From a virus, in the IMG/VR virus record IMGVR_UViG_3300039190_000120, positions 1 through 64,000 of that record: 64,000 nucleotides of DNA; one strand, written 5' to 3'. A program made the translations under genes and the position numbers. Below the pieces are notes generated by a model. That model was not told the origin of the DNA and made no database searches. It worked only from the letters and a program-made list of their open reading frames with translations. Below, in pieces: positions 27,479 through 37,671 of this stretch. Every line of letters starts with the position of its first letter. Within the stretch, counting starts at the first letter, position 1.

Positions 27479-29619
27479 ACAGTTCTTACCAGAGGATTTC
27501 CTGTCAAGGGAAGGCCGGTAAAGGGGTCGATGTAGGGAGACGGTCCCGGTGCCCCACCGATAACAGGTAGCGTTGCGGCAGCGCCATTTCCAAGTCCCAC
27601 GTTCCCGGTGAGGCCTATTGTCGGGGCCTTCATACCAATAGACGTGGCCGCTGTCATCTGGACCGTAGCACCCGTCATCGAAATCGAGCCAGCACCCATC
27701 GTTACAGAGTAGGTGCCGGTCGATGCCTGAAAGGTGAAGTTACCAGAGGTAGGGCTTTGCCACGTACAGGTGAGAGGACCTGCTGACTCTACCGTCTTGG
27801 TTCCGCTGGTACCAAACGAGATCGTATCAGAGGCCGGAGCACCAAACGTCGTTTGTCTGTTCCCCGATAGGATCTTGAGTTCTTCGGCATTGGAGCCCGT
27901 GGACGTAGCTTTCGTGATCGTTGTGGAGCGCCCTGTCCCGATACTGTCAGTGACGGTACCCTTGACTGTCGTACTCTTGTCACTGAGTACGTTGGTGTTC
28001 AAAGAGCCCATGCCAACGCTGACTTCCATTCCCTCTGCGCTCATGGACTTAGAGCCGCCTACTTCCTCGATCGAATCATCGGATACAGCGGTACCCATCG
28101 AACCTTCGATAGCCATCCCCACATCGCCCTGAATCTCTGACTGCATCCCGTAGCCGTTCCCATCGGGGCCACGTACTTTCAGCTTGATGCCACCACTGGT
28201 TGTGAGATCTAAAGAGCGGCCACTCCTGTCAATCGAACCTAGCGACCACTTGAAGCCTCCCTTTGCTTTGAGGTCGAGGGAGGTGCGGTCGTTTTTGTTG
28301 GCCCCCATCACGAGCTTGGTAGAGCCCTTGACGTCTGCCTCTACGGAACGACCGGCCCCAAGGTTTGATTTCTTGGAGGTAGATGCGGGGATCGAGAGGA
28401 AGACGTGCCCCTCTTTGTCGTGGGCTAAGAACAGCTCCCCAAGGCCATCAGGTCTGCGCATCCGGTACATTTGCGCTGCGGCCAGTGACTTCTCGGTTTC
28501 CTCTGCATCGTTTTTGAGGGCCTCCATCCGTGGGCGGCCAGAGGTGGAGTTGGGGTCAGAGAAGATCACCGGCTTCAAGAGTTTGCCGTAGTTGGAACGC
28601 CCTTCTGCCGTATACGGATTGTTCCCAACTACCGTACCACTGACTCTCTCGATAAAGGGGTTCCACTGCGTCTCGGGTCCAATGAGGTCGGCATCGAAAC
28701 CGTAGTGGTCAGGGAAAGGCATACGCTGGTCGCTAAACTCTTGAATCTCTACCCGATCCTCGGTAAAGGCCCGTACGTCCGGGTCATTCGGGTCCTCCAG
28801 ATTCTCAGTGACGACGGCTAATCTCTCCCCCGACTCCAGTGTGATGTAGGGGAGGCGGTTAATATCCGGGGCCAAGTCTCCGTCCTCAAAGAGGATTCCT
28901 GCATCCACGAGGTGTTCAAAGATCTCCGTACCTTCCTCGAAGGCGAGATCGTCGGGCATCGTGAGAGCGCTGCGTGTCACACGACCAGAGCGACGTCGGG
29001 TAGCTGCTGTCGTGTGATAAGCGTCGAGGGTCGTAGTGATCAGAGACTGGTCCTCAGAGCGCAGCCAGATTTCACCACCACCTGTGTGAAGAAGGCGTAC
29101 GTCCCGATCCAAAATAAGCTCTGCGCCCTTGTCAGAGGCCCCATAAATGTCTCCGGGGTACAGCTTCCGCATACGGTGTCGGGTCGGCCCGTAGATCCCG
29201 TCTAGCTCCCTCTGAACCGTTTCCATCGGGGTCGTCAACTCTTCCGCATCTCTCTCCGCAGCACCAAACGGATCAAACCCCAGAGCCGTCTTGTATCCGT
29301 TTGGGAGGAAGGAAAGGATATAAGGACGCACCCCTTGGTCTTTGTGGATTGCAGAGAAGCCACAGACAGCGATAGCGCCTACCTCCGGCATCGCCCCAAG
29401 GAAGCCACGCTTCGACCAGTATGCGCTGCTGATCGGCACCTCTCTTGCGGGAGGGAGCCTGCCTTGCAGCCACATAATGTCGCAGACCATGTTCTCGTAG
29501 TCTACCCGCTGCACTTCCCCAATGCGCAGAGCAAACCGTAGAGGGCCTTTCTGGCCCATCATGGTGGCTTTAACCGGGCGCTGACCGATCGGGCTAGGTG
29601 GTCCGTATCTCTTAGTCAT
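27475..29619 (-). CDS. baseplate central spike (gp5/VgrG/gpV-like)
   Basis: N-terminal OB-like IGEVQRVD...MPEVGA; C-terminal Gly/Ser/Thr beta-helix repeats. Confidence 0.75.
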   Translation of the reverse strand: MTKRYGPPSPIGQRPVKATMMGQKGPLRFALRIGEVQRVDYENMVCDIMWLQGRLPPAREVPISSAYWSKRGFLGAMPEVGAIAVCGFSAIHKDQGVRPYILSFLPNGYKTALGFDPFGAAERDAEELTTPMETVQRELDGIYGPTRHRMRKLYPGDIYGASDKGAELILDRDVRLLHTGGGEIWLRSEDQSLITTTLDAYHTTAATRRRSGRVTRSALTMPDDLAFEEGTEIFEHLVDAGILFEDGDLAPDINRLPYITLESGERLAVVTENLEDPNDPDVRAFTEDRVEIQEFSDQRMPFPDHYGFDADLIGPETQWNPFIERVSGTVVGNNPYTAEGRSNYGKLLKPVIFSDPNSTSGRPRMEALKNDAEETEKSLAAAQMYRMRRPDGLGELFLAHDKEGHVFLSIPASTSKKSNLGAGRSVEADVKGSTKLVMGANKNDRTSLDLKAKGGFKWSLGSIDRSGRSLDLTTSGGIKLKVRGPDGNGYGMQSEIQGDVGMAIEGSMGTAVSDDSIEEVGGSKSMSAEGMEVSVGMGSLNTNVLSDKSTTVKGTVTDSIGTGRSTTITKATSTGSNAEELKILSGNRQTTFGAPASDTISFGTSGTKTVESAGPLTCTWQSPTSGNFTFQASTGTYSVTMGAGSISMTGATVQMTAATSIGMKAPTIGLTGNVGLGNGAAATLPVIGGAPGPSPYIDPFTGLPLTGNPLVRTV

Positions 29620-29806
29620 TTGTTACCCTTCTGCACGTGTGGGGCCACCGCTTCTTCTTCTTCCGGTAAGGCTTGCATTTAGCTTCAATCGAGCGTTCTA
29701 GCTCTGAGCGCTCTTCGTCCGTCATGGTGTCCCCAGCTTCTCTGAGGTTGCGTCTAAACTCGTCCAAGTCCACGCCATCTGCCCAATGCTTCTTTTCGTC
29801 AGTCAT
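29612..29806 (-). CDS. small hypothetical protein between hub and spike
   Basis: GGAG RBS; overlaps both neighbours. Confidence 0.55.
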   Translation of the reverse strand: MTDEKKHWADGVDLDEFRRNLREAGDTMTDEERSELERSIEAKCKPYRKKKKRWPHTCRRVTND

Positions 29807-32800
29807 TATCGTCTCCCGTAAGATCATCGGCTTCATCCTCTACTGAGGCAAAGCTGGAGGACACATCGGCTTTGCTGCTGTCATACGCATCCCTGAGGTC
29901 AGATAAGGCCCCGTCCGTCCCTAGTACGTCCTGCAAGGTCTTCCCATCATCGAGGGCTTCACGAACCTCTTTACGGCCCAGAGGGTTATCCAGACCATCT
30001 TGGCCCGACGTGTTCGTAGGAACGGAAGCGAAGTCGGACGGCCTCGGTACCTGCCGTGTCTCCCCTCGAAGCTCACGCTCACGCTGCTTACCTGACGTGA
30101 AGGCCTTTTCATACAGGTCACGAAGCCAGTCGGTAATGATCGGCACCACAGAGGAGTCACGAGGAGGCTTTACATTGGCGGGGAGGGCATGAATACCACC
30201 CTCCCGGTTGGCCTCAAGTCTCTCTCGGAACAGCTCCACCTGTGCCTCAGTCTCAACCTGAGTGTTGGGGATACCCGTGGTATTCACCATCTGGGACGCC
30301 ACGGGATCATCGGCTTCATCCACAACCTTGACGGACTCCTTTACCCCGCCATCTTCGGGCACCTCACCGTCTGGGGGGGCCTCGACAATGGAGTTAGACC
30401 ACATCTCTTGAGCAGCCTCGTGGTGATACACATAATTGTCCACGCCCCAAGGGGATTTCCCTTTGGGATAAGTGGAGAGCCAGTTTTCCAGCTCCTGAGG
30501 CGTGTACCCGTTTCGCTCAAGGCGGTTATATCTCTTGAGCGTGCCGATACCGCCTTTCCAGAGGATCGCCTGCTTCTTAGGATCGCCCCCGTGATGCTTG
30601 CTGTACTTGTCCTGCACCTGCAAGAAGTGCTTGATAGATAGCCGTGCGTCTCCCATGAAGTCGACATTTTCGTGATCGGTTTCAGCGGCATTTGCCTCAC
30701 CAATCTGCATTAGACCTACGAACTGTGAAAGGTTTCCGTCGCTATTTGTACGCCGTGCTCTCGCATCACCTGAGGACTCTGTATGGATAAAAGCCATGAC
30801 CGCCTCGTCCGGGTATGTTTCTTCTGAAAGGTCCAGCTCTTCTCGCACATCTCGAATCGTCTGCCGCCATCTTGCGACGTTGCTATTGTAGGCGAAGGTA
30901 CGACCACCCTTACTCCGAACACTCGGGGCAGTAGCTCTTGTACCACTCCCTCCCGAACTTGGAGGTGGGGTAGAAGCAGAGGTGGACGAAGACACGGTAG
31001 CAGGCCTATTGCCACGGAACTCTTCTGCAAGTCGGGGTGCCGACAAGGTAGCTAGTCTCGCAAGGTCATGACTCATGATCTCGGGAGGACTCACCTGAGT
31101 GAGCATACGTCCGTAATTATTGGGGTCGATCAGGAAGTTGGAGTCCTTTGAGGGGTCGGCATTATGAGCCGTGGGAGCCTGTTGAGCCTTCTGAGCTGAG
31201 ATATTGGGGGTCGTTGTACCTCCCTGCTTATCGTCAGGCTGCATGTGGACAAGACCTTCCGCACGCACGTCTGCTTCGTCCTTATCGTATTTGAATCCTC
31301 GTGCCTGCACCATCACTCGGCGGCCATACTCGTAAGTACCCACCACCTCATAGCCTCGCTCGTCAGAGACGGGGAAGGTGGCAGCATTCACTTCGATCTT
31401 ACGTCCCTCGGAGTCTACATCAATCTGGGGGTCAGCTTCAATGTGCTTGATAGGTCCCCGGACACGATCGCCATCGTCCGTCACGGAGGAAGTCTCGTCA
31501 CGGTTGGGATCAACCATATACATGTACTTGTTGGGACCACCCACCCCGAAGTTAGAGCGGAGATTCATCAGGTTACGAGACACCACCTTGGCATCATCAT
31601 CTTTGTTCTCTGAATTTGCCTCGATCTTGCCATACTTGTCGAGGTCCTCTTCCGGGAAGTAGCTCAAGATCACATTCCGGTCTCCCACAGGAGTGCCAGA
31701 GGTATCGTCCACCCTTCTCTTATACATGTTGCTGGGTATCCGGCCCGGATCAGCAAGGTCGCCGGGTCGAGGCTCTGAGTTCTCAGCTTCCCACCTATCA
31801 AAGTCTCCGTAAAATTTCCCACGCTTTGCCATCAAGGTCAGTTGTGTCTGGCACCTCGAACCGTAGCTGAACGTGTGGGTAATACCTTCGACGTAGTAAT
31901 AGGCGTCTTTGCTCTCGACATACACGGGGTAGCCTAGACGTAGCTCTGGACGGAGGGGGATCGTCACGTTACCTGTGTGGACACGAGAGTTCTGTCTGTC
32001 CATCTGGTCTACGAGGTGGTAGAATAGGGCCATATGACCACCCTGCCCATCAGATCCCACATACTCGCTGCTAAAGGAGCCCGGCTTCCACCCGTACTTT
32101 TGAACCAAGCGATAGTCTACATAGGTAGCACGTGGTTGGACGTCATCAGAGATGCTCATTTGCTTGTTGGACTTCATAAGGCCGGAACCTTCGAGGAAGG
32201 TCACTTCCGGGGGGTTCTCAGCAAAGCCAGAGCTGATTTCATCAATGAGACGAATCCACGATACGGGATAGTTAGGTCGCACGTCCATGTTGTAGAACGG
32301 CGGCTTGAAGATGATCTCCCCGGTAACGTCCATGTAGAACTCGTACCCGATGATCTCAGATACCTGATTGGCGACGTTGAGCTTCGTCTCAAACTCGGAT
32401 GCTAAGACCTCAGCACCCATGTTGCCATAATTCAGCGAGAAGGGAGATACCTTGGAGAGGTCGAGGTCCCCCTGCTTGAACGGCTTGTGGAACTTAGGGT
32501 CGTAGCTTGCCGCCTTACCTTTCTTACCTTTCTGGAACTTCGAGCGGTCAACCACATGATCTAGAAGGTCGCCCTGCAATACGTCTCCTTTAGGGCCGAA
32601 CATACGTAGAGAGTTGGAGATGCGGCCCCATCTAGCAGTCCAGTAGGCCATCAATCGAAGCCGCTCCGTCTGAGTAGGCTCCGACCGGTGGTTACGGTTG
32701 CCGAAGTTCATGTTACGCACGTTCATCGAGTTACCGTGCACCTGCTGGCTCAGGTTGTAGATGATCGAGAAGGGGTTCTTGCCTGTGAAGAAGTTGCCCT

Positions 32801-33296
32801 CCAGATTGAAACGTGCCTGTTGATCCGCCCTTGCCGCCAGTACAGACGGGTTGAGGTTGACCTGCTGAATGTTCCACCAGTATAGAATGTCGGAGCAGGC
32901 AAGAGAGACCGTTTGTTCACCGGCGCTATAGTTCTCGTCTACCGATGTGACGATACCCCAGAAGACCGGATAGAACATCGGGGTACCACCCACGGTGAAC
33001 TGCCCCTTCATGTAGATCTGGACCTCCATCATCGTGGTAAGGGTCAGGTGCCCTCCCACGTAAATGTCGTCAAGATAGTGCTGCGGCACATGGAGGTCGA
33101 GAGATGCGGAGCCCGGAGCGCCAGATACAGAGAGGTTGACGCTGACGCTGTTGATTAGGGGCTGCAAGGGGATCTTGCGGTAGGGATTATCCCCACTCGG
33201 CAGGCTCTGCTCTCCGTTGATAAAGACCAGACAGTCGGGGGCCGAAGTGATCACGCTTCGGCGGTTAGCTTTGAAGGTACCCTGATACATTCGCAC
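29799..33296 (-). CDS. baseplate hub (gp27/gpD-like) fused to an SLT-type lytic transglycosylase
   Basis: YEFYMDVTGEIIFKPPFYN, RPELRLGYP, YYVEGITH hub motifs; HTESSG..A...GLMQI transglycosylase motifs. Confidence 0.8.
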   Translation of the reverse strand: MRMYQGTFKANRRSVITSAPDCLVFINGEQSLPSGDNPYRKIPLQPLINSVSVNLSVSGAPGSASLDLHVPQHYLDDIYVGGHLTLTTMMEVQIYMKGQFTVGGTPMFYPVFWGIVTSVDENYSAGEQTVSLACSDILYWWNIQQVNLNPSVLAARADQQARFNLEGNFFTGKNPFSIIYNLSQQVHGNSMNVRNMNFGNRNHRSEPTQTERLRLMAYWTARWGRISNSLRMFGPKGDVLQGDLLDHVVDRSKFQKGKKGKAASYDPKFHKPFKQGDLDLSKVSPFSLNYGNMGAEVLASEFETKLNVANQVSEIIGYEFYMDVTGEIIFKPPFYNMDVRPNYPVSWIRLIDEISSGFAENPPEVTFLEGSGLMKSNKQMSISDDVQPRATYVDYRLVQKYGWKPGSFSSEYVGSDGQGGHMALFYHLVDQMDRQNSRVHTGNVTIPLRPELRLGYPVYVESKDAYYYVEGITHTFSYGSRCQTQLTLMAKRGKFYGDFDRWEAENSEPRPGDLADPGRIPSNMYKRRVDDTSGTPVGDRNVILSYFPEEDLDKYGKIEANSENKDDDAKVVSRNLMNLRSNFGVGGPNKYMYMVDPNRDETSSVTDDGDRVRGPIKHIEADPQIDVDSEGRKIEVNAATFPVSDERGYEVVGTYEYGRRVMVQARGFKYDKDEADVRAEGLVHMQPDDKQGGTTTPNISAQKAQQAPTAHNADPSKDSNFLIDPNNYGRMLTQVSPPEIMSHDLARLATLSAPRLAEEFRGNRPATVSSSTSASTPPPSSGGSGTRATAPSVRSKGGRTFAYNSNVARWRQTIRDVREELDLSEETYPDEAVMAFIHTESSGDARARRTNSDGNLSQFVGLMQIGEANAAETDHENVDFMGDARLSIKHFLQVQDKYSKHHGGDPKKQAILWKGGIGTLKRYNRLERNGYTPQELENWLSTYPKGKSPWGVDNYVYHHEAAQEMWSNSIVEAPPDGEVPEDGGVKESVKVVDEADDPVASQMVNTTGIPNTQVETEAQVELFRERLEANREGGIHALPANVKPPRDSSVVPIITDWLRDLYEKAFTSGKQRERELRGETRQVPRPSDFASVPTNTSGQDGLDNPLGRKEVREALDDGKTLQDVLGTDGALSDLRDAYDSSKADVSSSFASVEDEADDLTGDDND

Positions 33297-33330
33297 TCCA
33301 GTGGTCCAATGAACTCACTAGAGTGGTTTT

Positions 33331-33342
33331 ATCGAAGGATTA
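33331..33342 (-). promoter_or_regulatory. candidate late-promoter element upstream of the hub
   Basis: TAATCCTTCGAT. Confidence 0.5.
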
Positions 33343-33675
33343 TGAGAGGTCCAAGTGACCCATCTCTAGCATACGGTTCCACGACGTGAACCAGCTCTGG
33401 ATATTCTCACGGCCACCACCGCTATTCGCCGTGTGGATATTGATGCCCACCTCACGAAGGTCCCAGCCTTCTGAGATAGCCAGCTCGACGAACCACTTGG
33501 CTGCATCTTTACCCTCCGGGACGTCTTCCCCCAGATCGTGGTCAAAGGACACATAGGAGGGACAACCACGCTCTTCCACGGTCTGGACGAACTCGTCATA
33601 GCTGCGGACCACCACCCAATCCCGGTCCGTCTTCGGGTCCCGCTCGTCATCTAAGTACAGGGAATAGGTCATCAT
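33340..33675 (-). CDS. cyclic-phosphate-processing receiver-like domain protein
   Basis: LYLDDER, VRSYDEF, SFDHDLG, G.D.A, IHTAN motifs. Confidence 0.8.
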   Translation of the reverse strand: MMTYSLYLDDERDPKTDRDWVVVRSYDEFVQTVEERGCPSYVSFDHDLGEDVPEGKDAAKWFVELAISEGWDLREVGINIHTANSGGGRENIQSWFTSWNRMLEMGHLDLS

Positions 33676-34133
33676 ATTCTCAGAAAGTCACTGGTAAGTA
33701 TTTCCGCAGCCTCGTCTCTCCGCGCTCTAAAACCCTCCATGCACCGCTCGTAGATCGTGGAGTGGTACCTCTTTGCTACGCGCTTCAAGAACTTCTTTGT
33801 AGCATAGAGGTCGTCTACCTCCAAGGGTCCAGACACGCGCCCTAGAATATCCCCGTAAGAGGCTCCACATTTTCTATTGTGGTATCGGAACTCTCTTCGT
33901 ATCTTATAACCGCCACCAGAGTAGGGTGTAATACGTAGCTTGGCGTTAGCCCCCACAAGTAGTCCCTTAGCCTCAGAGCCTAGATAGCTTATGACTGCCG
34001 CCATCAAGTCCGTCTGGATAATCCAGTCATCATATCGGAAGTGTCCTCGTTCCTCGTTCGGCTTTGAAGAGGGCTTCGCACACACTATGAGATCACCCGG
34101 ATGGTATTTAGAGGGTCGGTGTAGTAGGGGCAT
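33672..34133 (-). CDS. MPLLH-family paralog 5
   Basis: MPLLH..GDLIV..ITPYSGGGY..LGRVSG..FLKRVAKRYH; TAATG-coupled start. Confidence 0.8.
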   Translation of the reverse strand: MPLLHRPSKYHPGDLIVCAKPSSKPNEERGHFRYDDWIIQTDLMAAVISYLGSEAKGLLVGANAKLRITPYSGGGYKIRREFRYHNRKCGASYGDILGRVSGPLEVDDLYATKKFLKRVAKRYHSTIYERCMEGFRARRDEAAEILTSDFLRI

Positions 34134-34576
34134 TAGCGTACGTGGCTCCAAGTATATTGGCTTTTCTTGAACATGCTAAAGCACTGCTCGTAAATGGCGG
34201 TATGGTACTTCTTGACCACGCGCTTTAAGAACTTTAGGGCAACATACGGGTCCTCCCAATCCAAGTGACCCCGGACTACACCTAGCGGGTGCCCATTAAT
34301 AAGGTAGGCCGTCTCCTCTAGTGAATGGTAAGTATTAACCAACCGGAAGCCTCCACCCATATAAGGGGTGATAGTGATCCCAGCATGGCCTTTAGAAACC
34401 AACCCATACTTCCCCTGCTTCCGATGGACCTTGGACAGGGATATTTTCGTCTGAATATCCCACTCCTCGTAGATAATATCACGCACAGAACCATCTCCGG
34501 GACGGGAGCAGGGGTCGGAGCAAACAAGTAGATCCCCGGCTCGAAGAGTTCTATCTGGCATATGGAGTAGTGGCAT
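34133..34576 (-). CDS. MPLLH-family paralog 4
   Basis: MPLLH..GDLLV..ITPYMGGGF..LGVVRG..FLKRVVKKYH; TAATG-coupled start. Confidence 0.8.
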   Translation of the reverse strand: MPLLHMPDRTLRAGDLLVCSDPCSRPGDGSVRDIIYEEWDIQTKISLSKVHRKQGKYGLVSKGHAGITITPYMGGGFRLVNTYHSLEETAYLINGHPLGVVRGHLDWEDPYVALKFLKRVVKKYHTAIYEQCFSMFKKSQYTWSHVR

Positions 34577-34989
34577 TACAGGTCCTTTCGCACACGGAGC
34601 CATTCGTCCACTGCCAGCTCATGGAGGTAGCTGGAGTATCGTTTTGCAACCCGCTTCAGGTACTTGTATACAACGTAGGAGTCCCGGCAGTCAAGAGAAC
34701 CGGACACACGGCCTAGCAGTAAGTCAGAGGTCCTGATCACCTGACTTTGCACGTCCCATCGACCCCTCTCTGTCAGCCGGTATCCACCCTTACCATAAGG
34801 GATCACGGTGATAGAGCCTAGAAGGTCCATTTGAAAATGATTATCAACCCCCGCATGACGGTAGGTACCTAGAGCCAGACGAACTTCCGGCTCAGCTTGG
34901 TGTGCGAATAGATACCGATCAGCTTCGGCTTCAGCGAACAGCACGAGATCTCCCGGCTGGTACCTCTTAGTCTTGTGGAGTAGTGGCAT
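34576..34989 (-). CDS. MPLLH-family paralog 3
   Basis: MPLLH..GDLVL..VIPYGKGGY..LGRVSG..YLKRVAKRY. Confidence 0.8.
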   Translation of the reverse strand: MPLLHKTKRYQPGDLVLFAEAEADRYLFAHQAEPEVRLALGTYRHAGVDNHFQMDLLGSITVIPYGKGGYRLTERGRWDVQSQVIRTSDLLLGRVSGSLDCRDSYVVYKYLKRVAKRYSSYLHELAVDEWLRVRKDL

Positions 34990-34990
34990 G

Positions 34991-35407
34991 TTATCCCTCG
35001 ATCTGCGTTGCAGCATACCACACTTGGAAACAGGAGTCGTAGATAGCTGCGTGGTATCTCTTAGCCACCCTACGGAGGTACTTTTCCATCGCATACGTGT
35101 CGGAGCAGTCAATCGTTCCTGACACACGGCCTAACAAGTCGGAGAACTCACCCCAGATTAGTGCCCTACCACCGCATGGATGCCGGTTAAGGAAACGGTA
35201 GCCTCCTGAGAGATAGGGAGTGATTGCGATACACGCCTGCCGGTAATGGAAAATACCCCCCATAGCAATCTCTTTGTGACGAGCCAAAACTAGAGTGGTC
35301 TCCGGCTCAGGCTCCATACCTACCTCAACATATACATGGGCCTGAGGCTCTGCTAAGACTATGAGATCACCCTTGTGGAGCTTCTCCGCTTTGTGAAGCA
35401 ATGGCAT
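34991..35407 (-). CDS. MPLLH-family paralog 2
   Basis: MPLLH..GDLIV..ITPYLSGGY..LGRVSG..YLRRVAKRYH. Confidence 0.8.
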   Translation of the reverse strand: MPLLHKAEKLHKGDLIVLAEPQAHVYVEVGMEPEPETTLVLARHKEIAMGGIFHYRQACIAITPYLSGGYRFLNRHPCGGRALIWGEFSDLLGRVSGTIDCSDTYAMEKYLRRVAKRYHAAIYDSCFQVWYAATQIEG

Positions 35408-35913
35408 TAGTAGCCCGGCTCTTCAAAAGGGGTGTAGTGGTAGACGTAATGAAGCTCTTCTTTGAAGAAGTCACGGTACCGCTTCGCCACGTTGCGGAGA
35501 TAGGCACGACAAGCATACGGATCTTGTGTGTCCAGCTTGCCCGCTACCGCTCCCATGACGGCATCAGATACTACCACGTCACCGAACATTTGTCGAGCCC
35601 TTCCCGAATAGTGATCAAAATACCGGCACACATAAGAGGAGGGGGTGATCTCCACATCTGCGATAATATTGACCGTGATAAGTTCCTGCTCCATCCACTG
35701 AATATCACGCATACCCTCTGGAGGTTGTAGCACGCGGGTAGACTGGTATTCAGCGACGGTGAGGGTGCCTACAGGAGTGACCTCGCTCCGTAAAAGAGAG
35801 GCCCACTCTCCAAAGACATTGGGCTCGTATGCTTCATCTTCCTCGAAGTCGGTGTAGTAGTAGACAATGAGGTCGCCCTCATAGTACCGATCACTCGGGT
35901 GAATCAAGGGCAT
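35407..35913 (-). CDS. MPLLH-family paralog 1 (most divergent)
   Basis: MPLIH..GDLIV..ITPS..MGAVAGKLD..DPY..YLRNVAKRY. Confidence 0.75.
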   Translation of the reverse strand: MPLIHPSDRYYEGDLIVYYYTDFEEDEAYEPNVFGEWASLLRSEVTPVGTLTVAEYQSTRVLQPPEGMRDIQWMEQELITVNIIADVEITPSSYVCRYFDHYSGRARQMFGDVVVSDAVMGAVAGKLDTQDPYACRAYLRNVAKRYRDFFKEELHYVYHYTPFEEPGY

Positions 35914-37100
35914 TAAGACCTCTCAAGTCGCTGCTCATATCGAACAGTGAAGGACCAGTTATAGTCAAAGGTGAAGGGACTACTCTCAGAATGCGTGAGG
36001 GAGAAGGAATCGAAGGAGCCCGTGTAGATCGTGCCATCATAGAAGATGGACACAGCGCCCACAAGGGAGATCCGGTGATCCGTGTTGTAGATGTAGCCGT
36101 TACTCCGGTAGACCTGATACAGAGAGAGGAACTGCTGGTAAGCATAGGAGCCTTTCCTAGAGCCCACAGCAAGGCCGCCAGCCGGATTCCCCAAGCTATC
36201 CTTTCTGTTGATATAGAAGACGCCCACCTTACCACTAGCGTTGATCTTAGGCTGTTGCTCGCCCCAGAACTCAACGGTGAAGCCATCCCTCGTGTGGTTG
36301 GCATCGCTCACGATAAACTCGTAGCTCTTCGAGAACGTCTCCGGGTTCACGTACATGAAGAGCGGGGGGAGCTGTGACATATAGAGCGCCTGCTCACGCA
36401 AGAAGTCCAAATCATCCTGTACCCGTGAGCGTCGAGCCCTCTGAATGTCATTATTCTCGCTGAAAGGGTCTTCCAGCGCTCTTCGAGCTTTGCCCGTAAT
36501 CGGGGTATTCATCTCGGAGAGACGAGAGCCTGCTTCTCTAGAAGAGTTCTGGAACTGCTCATAGCGGTTACGCATCTCCGTCAGGTAGTAATTACGGGCA
36601 TCCTCTTGGCGCTGGTGCTTAATCAAAGCCTCTCCACCATCCAAGAACCGGGGGTCGTCTGCATCCAGACCGTCGTCATTGTAAGCCGGGACCTCTACCT
36701 CCATCGTCGTAGAGGGAGACGTGGCAACTACTTGATCTACAGTAGTCGTAGAAGCCCCCTTGGCATCCTCGGTGGAGAACCTCTCAGACATACCAGAGAG
36801 ACGGACATTGGCGGTCTGAGGAGAGGGTATCCTCTTGGTGGTCGTGTTGCCGGTGGGGAAGTTTCGGGGAGGCACGATAGAGATCATCATAGGAATCAGA
36901 GGACGCTTAGCGTGCCCCACTGACTGTACCGGACTAGGGAAGGCGTTGAAGTCGTAACCATGCCCCGTCACCAGACCGGAGTAGTATTCCACGACGGAAT
37001 TCGCCTTCTCGAAGCCTCGCTGAAGCTGTGGCTCTTGGTCCGGGTTGTACGTGTTACCGGTAAGGGCCTCTAGGATTTCTTCGGTGGTAGCCACAATCAA
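35913..37100 (-). CDS. tail tube-initiator/baseplate protein with N-terminal extension
   Basis: C-terminal YVNP..F...Y..T.DG...FWGEQ...YDG.IY.GSF, paralogous to the next gene. Confidence 0.6.
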   Translation of the reverse strand: MIVATTEEILEALTGNTYNPDQEPQLQRGFEKANSVVEYYSGLVTGHGYDFNAFPSPVQSVGHAKRPLIPMMISIVPPRNFPTGNTTTKRIPSPQTANVRLSGMSERFSTEDAKGASTTTVDQVVATSPSTTMEVEVPAYNDDGLDADDPRFLDGGEALIKHQRQEDARNYYLTEMRNRYEQFQNSSREAGSRLSEMNTPITGKARRALEDPFSENNDIQRARRSRVQDDLDFLREQALYMSQLPPLFMYVNPETFSKSYEFIVSDANHTRDGFTVEFWGEQQPKINASGKVGVFYINRKDSLGNPAGGLAVGSRKGSYAYQQFLSLYQVYRSNGYIYNTDHRISLVGAVSIFYDGTIYTGSFDSFSLTHSESSPFTFDYNWSFTVRYEQRLERS

Positions 37101-37108
37101 GGCTCCTA

Positions 37109-37660
37109 TTAAGTGATCAGGTTGACAACCTCTTCCTCTGCCCGGAAAGCGAAGTCCCCGGAGAGCATGAAGGGTTGGGAGGACGACTCACTGACATTGA
37201 AGCTGCGGAATGAGCCGTCGTAAATGCCGCCCTCGAAGATCATTCGGATGCGGCCACGGTACTGCACATTGCCTTGGGTGTCGTAAATGAGACCGTTGTT
37301 ATGGAAGAGATCGAGGAGGTGGTGGAACTTCTCGTAGGCGATCGTCTCTCGGCGGTTCTGTACCGCGAGCCCCGTGTCCACGTTGATGAAGGCACCGGAC
37401 ACGATTTCGGCACTTACGTCCACGAGCTGATCCCCGAAGTGTTGTTCATGCCAACCGCCCCTCGTCTGGATACGCTCAACCACCTTTGAGTAGTTGAGGC
37501 TCAGGGAGGTGGGGTTGATATGAAGGTACAGCGCCTCTGGAAGCAGAAGGCTCTCGTAGTCAATAGAGAGCACCTGAAACAGGAGGGGGATCTTATCTCC
37601 TCCGTCAGTGGGGCCTCCGAAAGCACTCGGGATCGAGGCGTTAGAATATCCTGTTGGCAT
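37109..37660 (-). CDS. tail tube-initiator-like protein
   Basis: directly after the tape measure; HINP.SL..NY..QTRGG...HFGDQ...YDGSF. Confidence 0.65.
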   Translation of the reverse strand: MPTGYSNASIPSAFGGPTDGGDKIPLLFQVLSIDYESLLLPEALYLHINPTSLSLNYSKVVERIQTRGGWHEQHFGDQLVDVSAEIVSGAFINVDTGLAVQNRRETIAYEKFHHLLDLFHNNGLIYDTQGNVQYRGRIRMIFEGGIYDGSFRSFNVSESSSQPFMLSGDFAFRAEEEVVNLIT

Positions 37661-37671
37661 GACTTACCTCC

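Noticed and set aside
33672-35913. Diversity-generating retroelement explaining the paralog array
   Set aside because: No reverse transcriptase in the window and no near-identical template/variable repeat pair differing at adenines.
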